From NCBI GenBank assembly GCA_964016885.1, contig OZ024741.1, positions 142,724,001 through 142,788,000 on the forward strand: DNA of 64,000 nt, given 5' to 3'. The notes beneath the pieces were generated by a model that saw nothing but the letters and a program-made list of their open reading frames with translations, was not told where the DNA came from and searched no databases. Below, piece by piece: positions 36,911 through 48,374 of this stretch (within the stretch, counting starts at the first letter, position 1; every line of letters begins with the position of its first letter). The position numbers were made by a program, and so were the translations under genes. The DNA comes from Eledone cirrhosa. Its lineage: Eukaryota.

Positions 36911-37918
36911 ACAGATATTCATATAAACTCCTTTCTCTTTCACAGTTAATTGTCCTTGATGGATAATTTAGTTATTTTCGGTGTGGGATGGGGTGGGGAT
37001 GGCACTGGCATGGTCATGGTTAGAACTCCTTTCCTCAAGCTTTAGCCTTGAGTTCAAATCTTGCTGAGGTCAACTTTGATTACATCCTTCTGGAAATTGG
37101 GTGAGTTGGGGTTTCAATGAAATAAAGTACTAGTCGTATACCATGGCCTGTTTATATTCTTGTAAAGTATCCTAGATGCGAATACTATTATTACAATAGA
37201 GTTGTATTTTTCTTTTAAGGGATTTGACCTAGGATTGATAAAGTGGTAACCACTGTAGTCATTAAAACACACACAAATACACATATACATAATACTGTTA
37301 TATTCACTTTTACTGAAATAATAATAATAATTATTTCTACTTTTGACACAAGGCCAGCAATTATCCCAGTGCATTACTGGTACTTTATTTTATCGACCCC
37401 GTAAGGAGGAAAAGCAAAGTTAACCTTGGCGGGATTTGAACTCAGACCATAAAGGGCCGTAACTCTTTGCTGCAAAGCTTGGCGTCCGACCCTCGATTGA
37501 TACTACCAATCCACCGCTGAAATAATAATAATAATAATAATAATAATGCTTTCTACTTTAGGCACAAGGCCAGCAATTTTGAGGGAGGGGAAAGTCAATT
37601 AAATTGATCTCAGTGCATTACTGGTGCTTTATTTTATCGACCCCGCAAAGATGAAAAGCCAAGATAGATTTAATCGACTATCCCTCCCCCCAAGTTGCTG
37701 GCCTTGTGCCTAAAGTGGAAACCATTATTATTATTTCAGTAAAAGTGAATATAACAATATTATGTATGTATGTGCTTAAAGTAGAAACAATTATTACACA
37801 AATACACATGTATTTGTGTAAAAATTGTTTCTACTTTAAGCACAAGGCCAGCAATTAACCAGTGCATGACTGGTACTTTATTTTATCGACCCCGCAAGGA
37901 TGAAAGGCAAAGTAATAA

Positions 37919-38232
37919 TCTATATATCTAAAACAGAGAATGTCTGTCTGTTCCCCTAAAACTCGAGAACCACCCAACCGATTTTTTTTTTTTCAAACTT
38001 TACACATGTAATACTTATGGTCGTGCGAGTGTTTTGAGCAAAAGATATTTCCAATTTTCAATGCCCTAGGCACCGCATTAGGCGAAAAACCCCATATTTT
38101 GGGCTTTAAAGGCTTTTTTGAGGCATAACGGAAAAATAATCTTCAAAATTTGCATTACTTATGTCGTTTAAAGTGTTTGAGCAAAAAGATTTTCTCATTT
38201 TTTGCCCCAGGGACCGCATTAGGCGAAAAACC

Positions 38233-38275
<43 letters not shown>

Positions 38276-38678
38276 TTTTGTTTATTTTTTTTTAGCATTT
38301 TGGTTGCGTTAGGGCCTGTAACCTTAAAAGTATCCAACTAAATTCCTTCATGCTCTCCACCACTGCAGTCCCACATGCTTACTGCTCTGTAACTATTGCT
38401 TTCATTGTACCATAGCACAACAAATACATGTTTGGTTTGTCGAAGGCCTTTTTACTTAACCCTATCGTCTTGGCTTTTGTGGGTTGAACATTTTACTCTC
38501 AGGCACCCGATTAAGTTAAACCCCTGGTAATCTATGACAAATTTTTTTTATAAGCACAAAATGTAGACACCATCTCCAGGCCAAGGTATTCCGTACTTCC
38601 CTCTACTGTTTCAGAAAGGAAGGATAAACATGCCAATCTATGTTTAGAAGCCCGAGTAATGCCGGGCCATTCTGCTAG
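37919..38678 (+). mobile_element. Complete non-autonomous Helitron, 760 bp
   Basis: A|TC 5' end, subterminal hairpin CCCG-AGTAATGC-CGGG, CTAG|T 3' end, no TSD. Confidence 0.85.
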
Positions 38679-38929
38679 TGGTTTCTAAATTAAGCTCAAG
38701 GCCAACAGTTTGTGGGAAAATTAGTTTCTGAGGTTGTATTGATTCTGCCAACCACCCACTGTTCACCAGCTTGACAATGAGAAAGTTATATTTAACTAAT
38801 TCCCTTAAAATTCTTGATTATTATCAAAAATAATTTGATTTCAACAGAATATTCAACCATGTTTCACATGTGAATCTTGTGTGTATCCCAGTGAGTCAAG
38901 ACAGTTAAGACTAGTCGGATGTTTAACTG

Positions 38930-39310
38930 TGGCCATAGGGAGTCATAATGGCAGTCTCCAGAATGTCATCTGGTACAATAGGAATTTGGTTGTACACCCA
39001 CACATGATTGATTTTCTATAAGATTCTAGCACCATGTAAGGGTTGCAGAGAAGTCCTGTATGTGAAGCATAGGATACTTATTGGGTTACATACGTTTATT
39101 AAGAAACTGATAGTTGCTACAAGGTCACCAGTCACTTGTAGGTTTTTTTTTGTAACCATGTGAATAAGTGAAGACCAACTACTACAAGATGTTCCAGTAT
39201 ATGATTGAACTCTGCTGTAGCAATTTTAGCGTGATCAAGAGCAAATCGATGCGGTTTAGAAGAAAATGGTGGACAATTGCTCACAATATGGTACATAACA
39301 CGTATGTTAG
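38930..39310 (-). mobile_element. Gypsy reverse-transcriptase relic
   Basis: Degenerate KPxR..AEFNHIL, DWxPC..Y..LNKR, HIQDFSATL and YNQIP..PDDI.ETAIMTPYG. Confidence 0.8.
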
Positions 39311-39439
39311 TGCTGCACACGGTAGTGGGGTGGCTAACTTACCCACGTGCAAGAACCCCTCGGCTGTCATTAAACAATCACACAGCCTTATTTCTTTCAG
39401 GGTACAAAGAACTACAAAAAGACCCAATCACCATTACCA

Positions 39440-40290
39440 GGTAACTGATCTCAGAGTTGCTACATTCATTATGATCACACTGAAAAGTAGATCAAGTGTA
39501 ACTGGAGTTGCTAGAGAGGCGAGGAGTGGATATGTGCTGTGTTCAGGAAGTGAGATGGAGAGGTGGCTCTCCAGGACTTCCCACAGGCAAGCAACATAGA
39601 TACAAGCTCTTCAGTGCTGTGAAGACTGAGATACTCCTCCTCCCAAGGAAGCCTATGCAATTGATTCTACATGTGAATGGAGTTCCATTGAAGTGGTGGA
39701 GAAGTTCAAGTATCACAGGGCCATGAGTGATGGAAAGCAGGAAGCTGTATTGAGTGCAAGAATTGCAGGAGCTGCTACAGTAATGCATCAGCTTCAGCAT
39801 TTCAGAAGGAAGGTAGAAGTAAAAGTGAAACTTATCTTCAATTCAGTATTTATGCCAACCCTTACCTATTGTCATGAATCTTGGGTAATGACCAAAAGAA
39901 TATGATCGTGAATGCAAGCGACCAAAATGGGGTTCCTCAGAAAGATCTTTGGTGTAATGTTATTCAATAGAGTGCGTAGTTAGGAGGTCAGAGAGTTGCT
40001 CCAGCTAGAGCCACTACTTCTCCCAATTGAGAGATCACAACTCTGATATTACAGTCATGAGGTTAGAATGTCTCAGGAAAGAATCACTGGACATATTTTA
40101 CAGGCAAAACTAACCCACAAAAGACCCAGGGGTAGACCCAAGCAAGATGGTTGGATATAATCCATGAGCTCGGCTGGTTTCACTTGGGGATCCAGCCAGA
40201 TCAATCGGAGACAATTGCTTTTGACAGGACCTGCTGGAAGACATGCTTGAGGACTCTACCCTCATGACTTTCACATGACTAAATGTGAAA
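39440..40290 (+). mobile_element. Decayed RTE-type LINE fragments
   Basis: DMCCVQEVRWRG (AP endonuclease start) and PTLTYCHESW. Confidence 0.8.
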
Positions 40291-40601
40291 GAAGAAAATA
40301 TATAAATATATGCATATGTATTTATATGTGAGTGTATACATATGTATATGTAATGACACAGTGCTAGTCAAAATACACCCAGCCCACTCTATAAAGTGGT
40401 AGAACTGGTGCGACAATAAAATATACCCAGCTCATGATGTTAAGTGGTTGGTATTAGGGAGAGCGTCCTGCTGTAGAAACCATACCAAACAAAATAGAAC
40501 GTATAAACAAGACAGTCATCTGACATATCTGCCTCCACAATGTGACTACCCATCTAACCCACGCAAGCAAGGAAAATAGATGTTAATGATCTCTCTCTCT
40601 T

Positions 40602-40634
<33 letters not shown>

Positions 40635-41709
40635 TTCTTGTACATTTGTATATACAAATACATACATATGTATATACACACAGAAACGTGAGTGTATATA
40701 CATAATGCAAATCTCGTATTGGATATTTGATATCTTCTCATGTGACAGTGAATAAATAAGATTCCACATTCTCACACATACTCACACACTCACATACCAC
40801 ATGCACACACATGCTCACATTAACACACACTACATATACAAGCAGACACCCAAACACACACACAGGCTCACATGCATACCTATACACACAGATGTGTGCA
40901 CATTTGATTTGTCTGCTCCATGGTATCACTTTACACATCCTACAACAGTCAACACTTTAACCCTTTCATTACCATATTTCTAAAGAAAGACTGCCTCCGA
41001 TTTTGAAATAATTTATAAAATAATCAAGAATTTGGAGGGATTTAGTCATAACTAACTCCCTTGTTATTAAGCTTATGTTTAGAGCATAACTGAAAGGCTC
41101 TTACATAAAATTATGTAAAATATGAAAAATGCACCCTATACACCTTGTAAGGTGGTTGGTCGTAGGAAGGGTATCCCACTGTAGAAACCATGCCAAGAAA
41201 ATGCAGTGAGGACTCTTCAGTTATATCAAGGGGACAAGAATCAATGTAGTGTTGGTGACATGATAAAACACACAGTACACTCTGTATAATGGTTAGTGAT
41301 AGGAAGGGTATTCAGCTATAGAAAACTTGCTGAACATCAGTAGTGACAAAGACATGACAACTTTCCTTGTGTTGCTGCCATGAAAAATGCTCCTGGTGCA
41401 CTCTGTAGAGTACAAGAATGTATGTAAGCAACATGCGACCCCTTCCTCATTCTGAGATGTCTGAGAGATCAGTAGCACTGATTAAGTACTGACTTGCTAG
41501 CAGAGACAAATGAACATTAAATAAGGATGATGATGATGTGGAGGGGGATGATGATGATGATTAACACTTTAAAAGACACAATTCCATATCATAGCAGCAG
41601 GGACTGTTTCAGGCAATTTGGAATGAAAAGGATTTGATGCTGCTGCACCAGATGGCAGAATAATCAACAGTCCTACAGTAGTAGTAACTCTTTCATGTCT
41701 AATGAAATA

Positions 41710-42110
41710 TCATCATCGTTTTATGTCTGCTTTTCCATGCTTGCAGTGGGTGGGCAGGTCTTTTTCAGAACAGCATCTCTATACACATCGTGTTGTTTCC
41801 TCATCTCCTCTGTGAGCTTCAGAGATTTGAGATCAGCTCTCACAACCTTCATCTCCACCCAGTCCTTTCTTGGTTTTTCTCTACTATATCTTCCTTGCAC
41901 TGGGATTTCTTAGCACTTCTTCACCCAGTGATTATCATCTATGAACATGTGAATCACATATCCATACCAGTGCTGTCTCCTCTCTAGCATGCTACATTTG
42001 ATTCCTCTTATTCCCAGTTTCTCTCTTAGTTCATTCATGCTTTTTCATTTCTGCACATTAGCATTGTACATCCAAGAATCATGCTTACTTCATTTCTCTC
42101 CAGCTTCCAC
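41710..42110 (-). mobile_element. RTE-type LINE 3' fragment
   Basis: Colinear with 49457-49850; (GAT)n tail. Confidence 0.75.
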
Positions 42111-42428
42111 ATAGCAAATATATATCTGCAAGGCAATTAAGATTTATTTCACCATTCTATATCTTGGCTGGTAGTGTCTCCTAGGAAATGGCTTTAATAT
42201 AATGATGTGGTTGTTTGTTATTAGTGTGTTGGTGGTGGTGATAGTATGTTGGTTGTTGGTGGTAGTTATTACTGTGGTATTAATGATGGTGGTTACTGTG
42301 AGGTATTAGTAGTGTACTGGCTGTAGTTAGCTTATCTATGTATCTATCTATTCATCTATCCAGCTATTTGGCTTTGTACATTTTTATATCTATCTATCTA
42401 TAAATAAAGAAATCTATCTATCTATCTA

Positions 42429-42974
42429 TCTTGGGACCAATCCGGTTGACCACCGAGTCCATTGTCATGATCAAACCACCACCCTCCTTCAAAAACGAAG
42501 GAGAGGCAGTTTTCCTTTGTGTGATAGCTATGGTGAAAGAGGTTGTATGGTGGACAAGGTTGAAAGGGCTGAGGTCAGACACCTTTCTCTCCGGCCAACA
42601 ACTGATTCTTTTTTTCAAATACCACTTTGGAAGAAGAATCAGGATGGAGAGAGAGGTGCTGTACCCCAGCAAGTTTTATGAAAGGTGGGTGAAAGTGGCG
42701 AGAATGGCCCGAGTGAATGGGCCTTCTCTCTATATCAGCCTGTAGGTTGAGGAAAAGGAAGAGAGGAAAGGAGTACAAACTCTTCATACTCCTGGAGATG
42801 AGGCTTGCACATTTTTTCGGGGGTGTTACCCATATGAACCGTCTCCCCCTATTGGGGAAAATCGACTAATTTTTAAATTGCATTTGTGATAATATTTTAC
42901 ACGTTTTTATTGTATGTAAACTTCCCCCTTTGTATTTGTCCCCTTCTTTTGTGCCCTTGTGGCTAATAAAGAAA
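42429..42974 (+). mobile_element. 3' end of a Tx1/L1-like non-LTR element in a (TCTA)n tract
   Basis: 104-aa ORF with an xKxxVWxxR...F..RW C-terminus typical of Tx1/L1 ORF2; the 3' UTR ends AATAAAGAAA, followed by (TCTA)n. Confidence 0.6.
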
Positions 42975-44511
42975 CATATCTATCTATCTATCTGTCTGTT
43001 TATCTATTTATCTATCTATAAATAAAGAAACCTATCTATCTATTTGTCTGTCTATCTATCTATCCATATCATTTATCTACCTGTCTACCTGTCTATCTAT
43101 CTATCTACCTATCTGCATGTGTGTCTGTTTGTCTGTCTCTCTGGCTATCTGTCTGTCCATTCATCCATCAATCTGCCTATCTGTTTGGATTTGTACATCT
43201 GTAGATCTAGTTGTCTATCTGTCTGCCTGTATTTCTGTCTATCTAGTTTTGTATATATTTCTGTCTTATAATCTTTTGCTGCAGTCTTTGAAGCAATTTA
43301 ATTTGTTTGTAGAAGAAATTCTGTTTGTATATGCGCGCGTGTGTGTGTGCATATGCATGCACTTACATTCAATGTCCATTTCAAAGGAAATTGACAAGTT
43401 AGGTGCAGTAGAAAGAGAAGTTGAAGATGATAATGCTGGTGGTGGTGGTGATGATGAGGAAGATGGTGGTTATGGTGATGATAGTGTAAGTGGTGGTGGT
43501 AGTGGTGATGCTGGTGGTGTTGAAATGACAGTGATAATGAAGGTGATGAAGAAGAATAAGGTGACAAAAGTAGTGAGCAAAATTAAATTCAAGAATAGAA
43601 AATAGACATCACAGCTGGTGATAAAGAAGGAAAAGAAGAACACCAACAACAACAAAAATGACAGAATAAATCAGTTGTTTTAATTACTCCAGATTTTTCT
43701 GTGAATTCTCTGTGATTCTCTAGTTCTGCCACTGTTACTGCTGTTGCTGTTACTGCTGCTGCTACTGTTGTTGCTGTTGTTGTTGCTGCTGTTATTACTT
43801 TTCTTTATAATTGAATATCTTTGAGTGTTTTGAAAACTGCTGTTTCATCTGCCTGGCATTATATTGGTCCAATGAACTGGCATGGAAGACAATACAAAAC
43901 AAACAAAACTCTCTTCTTTATCCTTCCTCAAATGTTGTCTTTTTCTTCAGCATCATTATCATCATCACCATTGCCATTATTGTCCTCTCTCCACCCACCC
44001 CATATACAGCCTACTTGCAAATTTTTAATCTTTCCATTGTCATATTATAATTGACACAGTGACACAGCCTGTAATTTTCAAATAATTTTGAAAATAAAAT
44101 ATTTTAATTCATTGAAAAATACAGAAAAAGAAAGTAGTATTGGAAAGGACTATAAATGTCATAAATGAGAGGAAAAAGAGGGGAAGAGCAAGGACTATTA
44201 GGCAAAGGAAAAAAGAAAGGGAGAGGGTGACAGACTCTACACTTAGGTCATAGCAGTGTTTCAGCTGTGTCCTGCGGACAAAATAGCAAAGGCATTTTTG
44301 CGGACAATGTCTAGTGACACTCGCTGCAATAGCCAGCCCACCTCACAAGGCTCCTTCCTCAGATGGGCTGCTATCAGTCCAATTTTATGGAAGAAGTTAA
44401 TTGTTCAGAAAGATCTAGTGATATAACAAACTTTCTCATTAAGATGGTGCAGGGCTGTGGATTAGCAGAATCAATAGAGCATGGGACAAAATGCTATGTT
44501 CAAATCCTTTC

Positions 44512-44710
44512 CTGGGTTAAACCATCACTACCAGGTACCAGATTAACTCATCACACCCAGATGTTTAGTTAAACCATCACCATCTGATATCGGGTCAACC
44601 ATCACCCCCAGATGTCTAGTTAAACCATTGTCCCAGATGTCAGGATAAACCATCACGCCCAGATGTCAGGTTAAATCATCACTACCAGCTATCAGATTAA
44701 TCATCATCAG
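44512..44710 (+). repeat. ~23-25-bp degenerate minisatellite
   Basis: Unit GGTTAAACCATCACCCCAGATGTC. Confidence 0.75.
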
Positions 44711-44810
44711 GTATTGTCTGTTCTCAGCAGGTGAATACTGTGGACCATGTTAATGTTACCATTTATGGTTAACTAATGTTGGGTACATGGTAATGTCCCC
44801 ACTCCTTCCA

Positions 44811-45050
44811 AACTAGCTGGTAGACTATAGTGGGGTCCCTATCCTTTACAAGGTAACTGGTAGACTATAGTGGAGTCCCTATTCTTTACAAGGTAACTGG
44901 TAGGCCATGGTGGGGTCCTTATCCCTTCCAAGGTAACTGATATGCCATGGTGGGGTCCCTATCCCTACCAAGGTAACTGGTAGGCTATAGTGAGTTCCTC
45001 TCCCTTACAAATTAGCTGGCAGGGTTCTAAACCCTTGCAAAGTAGCTGAT
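44811..45050 (+). repeat. 40-bp minisatellite, ~6 units
   Basis: Unit AGGTAACTGGTAGACTATAGTGGGGTCCCTATCCTTTACA. Confidence 0.88.
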
Positions 45051-47289
45051 ATGGTAGTTAGAAGTAGAACAGTGTGTTTTATTGTTCAAATCATTAAAAT
45101 GCAAAGGGAATAAACATGGCAAGGCATTTTGTCCACTGCTAATTCACTGTCTTCTGATTTTCATTGCAACAAAAATATTCCCACGGCAATCTATCATCAC
45201 AACTGAAGGGAATGGTGTATGTATGGTGTATGTATGCTGCATGTGTGAGAAGTGCCATGATTCATGAGAGTAAAACATGGATGGTGAACATGGAGCAGTA
45301 GAGAAGGCTGGAAAGAATAAAAATGAGAATGGTTCAGTGGATAAATGGAGTATCACTAAGACAGAGGAAGTCAAACAATGAATTAAATAGGATGTTGGGA
45401 GTAGGGTCATTGATGAATATTGTGAGGAGAAATGGAATGAGATGATTGGCTCATGTGTTAAAAATGAAAGTGACAGGTGAACGGAGTGATGGAAATAGAA
45501 CCAGTGATGTATGTTGTGAAGAGAAATGGAATGAGATGGCTGGATGGTGTGTAGAAGGATGACGGTGACAGGGTGAGAGGAGTGATGGAAATGAATGTGG
45601 AAGGAAGTAGAGGAAGGAAAAGACTAAAAAAGACATGACTAGAGATGAGAGAAGCGGAAATGAAAGCCAGTTGATGTGGTGGGTGGGGGTGCAGCTGATA
45701 ATGAAAAGTGAAGAAGTTTGTTGCCAATGTACACCACCACAACCACAAACACTATCACTGCCACCACTTGATATTTTATTAATGAAATATTTTTAACAAA
45801 CCCTGGACACTGAACAATGTTTTATTGATAAAGCAAACTGCTGCTGCTGACTTTGTTTTGTTGTTTATCTATCTACTTATATCTACCACCACCACCACCA
45901 CTACTACGTACATACCCCCCCCCCCCCCCCCCACACACACTCTCATTACCACTACTACATATACACACACCACCACAACATACAGTCACATCACCACCAC
46001 TCATACACACACATTGCCACCACTAATGCATACACACACACACACTACCACCACCAATCATATACACACATTGCTTCCACGACACACACTACCACCACCA
46101 CCACCACTTCACACAACACTATCACTACCACCACCACCATCTCTACACACAACACTACCACCACCAGCACCACCATCTCTACACACAACACTACCACCAC
46201 CAGCACCACTACCACTGCCATTATCACTATAAAAGCCACAAAACCTCCTTGAAATGTCTGAACTAGGTATTATATATAAACAAAGAACAGTCACAGACAC
46301 TAAACCAACATTCCACAAATAAGGTGGAAACAATTTTTTAACATGTTGAAATTGGAGAAAACAAACAAAAATATTTTTATGCTTTCTTCAGAGTAGGTTT
46401 ACTCAGCAATATTGAGATATAGTACAGGTGTGTTGGTTAGCTGTACCCAGGTGTATGGATTAGCTAGCATGTAGTTGATCAAGTTCACCCAGGATGAATA
46501 GTAGTGAAGTGTATGTGGGAATATACTTGTGTGTTGACCGTGTGTGAATGTGTGTGTGCGTGTGCGCATGCACATATGTGTGTCTGTGAGTGTATTTCAT
46601 GTACTTGTTTTATATATATGTGAAATAAAGAGTAAGTGGTGGACAAAAGAGAAACCCTCTCCGCTCTCAACAGTGAGCTTCAATAATGTGAGACAATAGA
46701 GAAAGGTGTGATTGGTCAGAGAAAGAAAAGAAAATGAGGATTGATTGGATCTGGTGAATGTGTATGTGAGTGTATGTATGTGTGTGTATGAATATGTATG
46801 TGAGTGTATGAGAGCTGATCTCAAGTTTGCTGAGACTTGCAGAGAAAATGACAAAGAAACAATTGTTGGCATGATTTCTATGACTGGATGTCGTTCCTAA
46901 TGCCAAATATTTTACAACATGTACTGGGAACATATATCGTGGCACCTACATGACCACCTTCACTATCACTTTATACAGTGCACTGGCTGTTTTTTTTTTT
47001 TTTTTTTTTTTTTTGTAACACCAGCATGACCACCTTACAAAGTGGACATGGTGCTTTTGTTGTGGCATTTACACTACCCCCTTACAGAGTGGACATGATG
47101 TTTTTTGTTGTGGCACCAACCTTACCACCTTACAAAGTGCATTGAGTTTTTTTATCATAGGCCTCAGCATTACCATATTACTGAATAAACTGGGTGTCTT
47201 TTTTTGTGGCATAAGCATGTTCACCTTATAAGGTTGCCTGGGTGTTTATTCTCATGGAACCAGCACTACCAACTTACAGAGTGAACTAG

Positions 47290-47867
47290 GTGATTTTAGG
47301 TATCGAAAAATAAGATTTTTGGCTCTAGCTCTTGCATTTTGCCACCGATTTTGTTCAAATTTTACACTACGCTAGATCTGATTATTTCACGTCTTAAAGT
47401 GGCTTTACATTTTGGATATTTTGTTCAGGAACGACGTGGCAGCCGCTTAAATATTCGAAAATACCACCTTTTCGCTCAAATTTCCACCTTTTTGGCTCTA
47501 ACTCCTACATTTTTCAACCGATTTTGTTCAAATTCGAAACTTCGGCTCCACCTCACACATAAATCAATTTATTTGGTTCAACTTTTATACTACAATAGAA
47601 ACCTATCATTGCACATCTTATAGTAGTTTAACACTTTGCCTTTTTTGTTCAGGGACGGCGACCTATCATTATCTCCCACATTTTTTTTTTCAACCAATTT
47701 CGTGCGTTTCTCAGTGATAGAGGTCATCACCCCCCCCCCCCCCCCCCCCCGCGTGGCCTGTGTGTGGCCATAGATGAATCATCGAGAAGCAGTCGCTAAG
47801 ATCAACACCTTTTCATCAAAGCAGATATTATTTTACCTACCCAGGCAACACTGGGTTCTGCTGCTAG
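47290..47867 (+). mobile_element. 5'-truncated Helitron
   Basis: CCCAG-GCAACA-CTGGG hairpin followed by CTAG|T at 47864-47868. Confidence 0.7.
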
Positions 47868-48154
47868 TTTCAAATAAAGACACTGCCTGTGTGTTATTTA
47901 TTTTGAAAAGAATAAAAACTTGGAGGAATTTAATAAGTAAACTGATGTTTGGAGCATTATTTAAGAAAAAAATTCTTTAATAAAATTATGATGGTTGGAT
48001 TTAATATTAAGTATGGGAAGTTTTGTATCATATAACTAAGGTGGTTTCATGTTGAGTGTGTGCATGCATATGTGCACATCTGTGTGTGTGGTTTTGGGTG
48101 GGTTGATATCAAGAGTTAATTAAATATTTATTATTTTTCCTATCTATATTTCAG

Positions 48155-48374
48155 ATGATGGAGATCTACGATGATGGGGATAAGGCAGGTAGCCTTAAGG
48201 GTTTCACATGGTCAGTGATCCTCAGTCAAATGCTAGGCCTCACTTTAGTGATTATGTTAGCTGTATGGCTTGGTCATTATCGTGGGGGCTTCGCTTGGCA
48301 GTCAAACCTTCACTTGGAATTCAATTATCATCCACTCTTTATGGTTATTGGTTTTATTCTGATTTATGGAAATG
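48155..48374 (+). CDS. CYB561: cytochrome b561 coding exon 1
   Basis: ATG directly follows a TTTCAG acceptor; GTGAGT donor; YRGGFAW...FNYHPLFM. Confidence 0.93.

Noticed and set aside
43117-43655. His/Gly/Asp-rich ORFs (also 45825-46333 and 35911-36498)
   Set aside because: They are translations of low-complexity GGT/GAT/CAC repeats with no splice or homology support.
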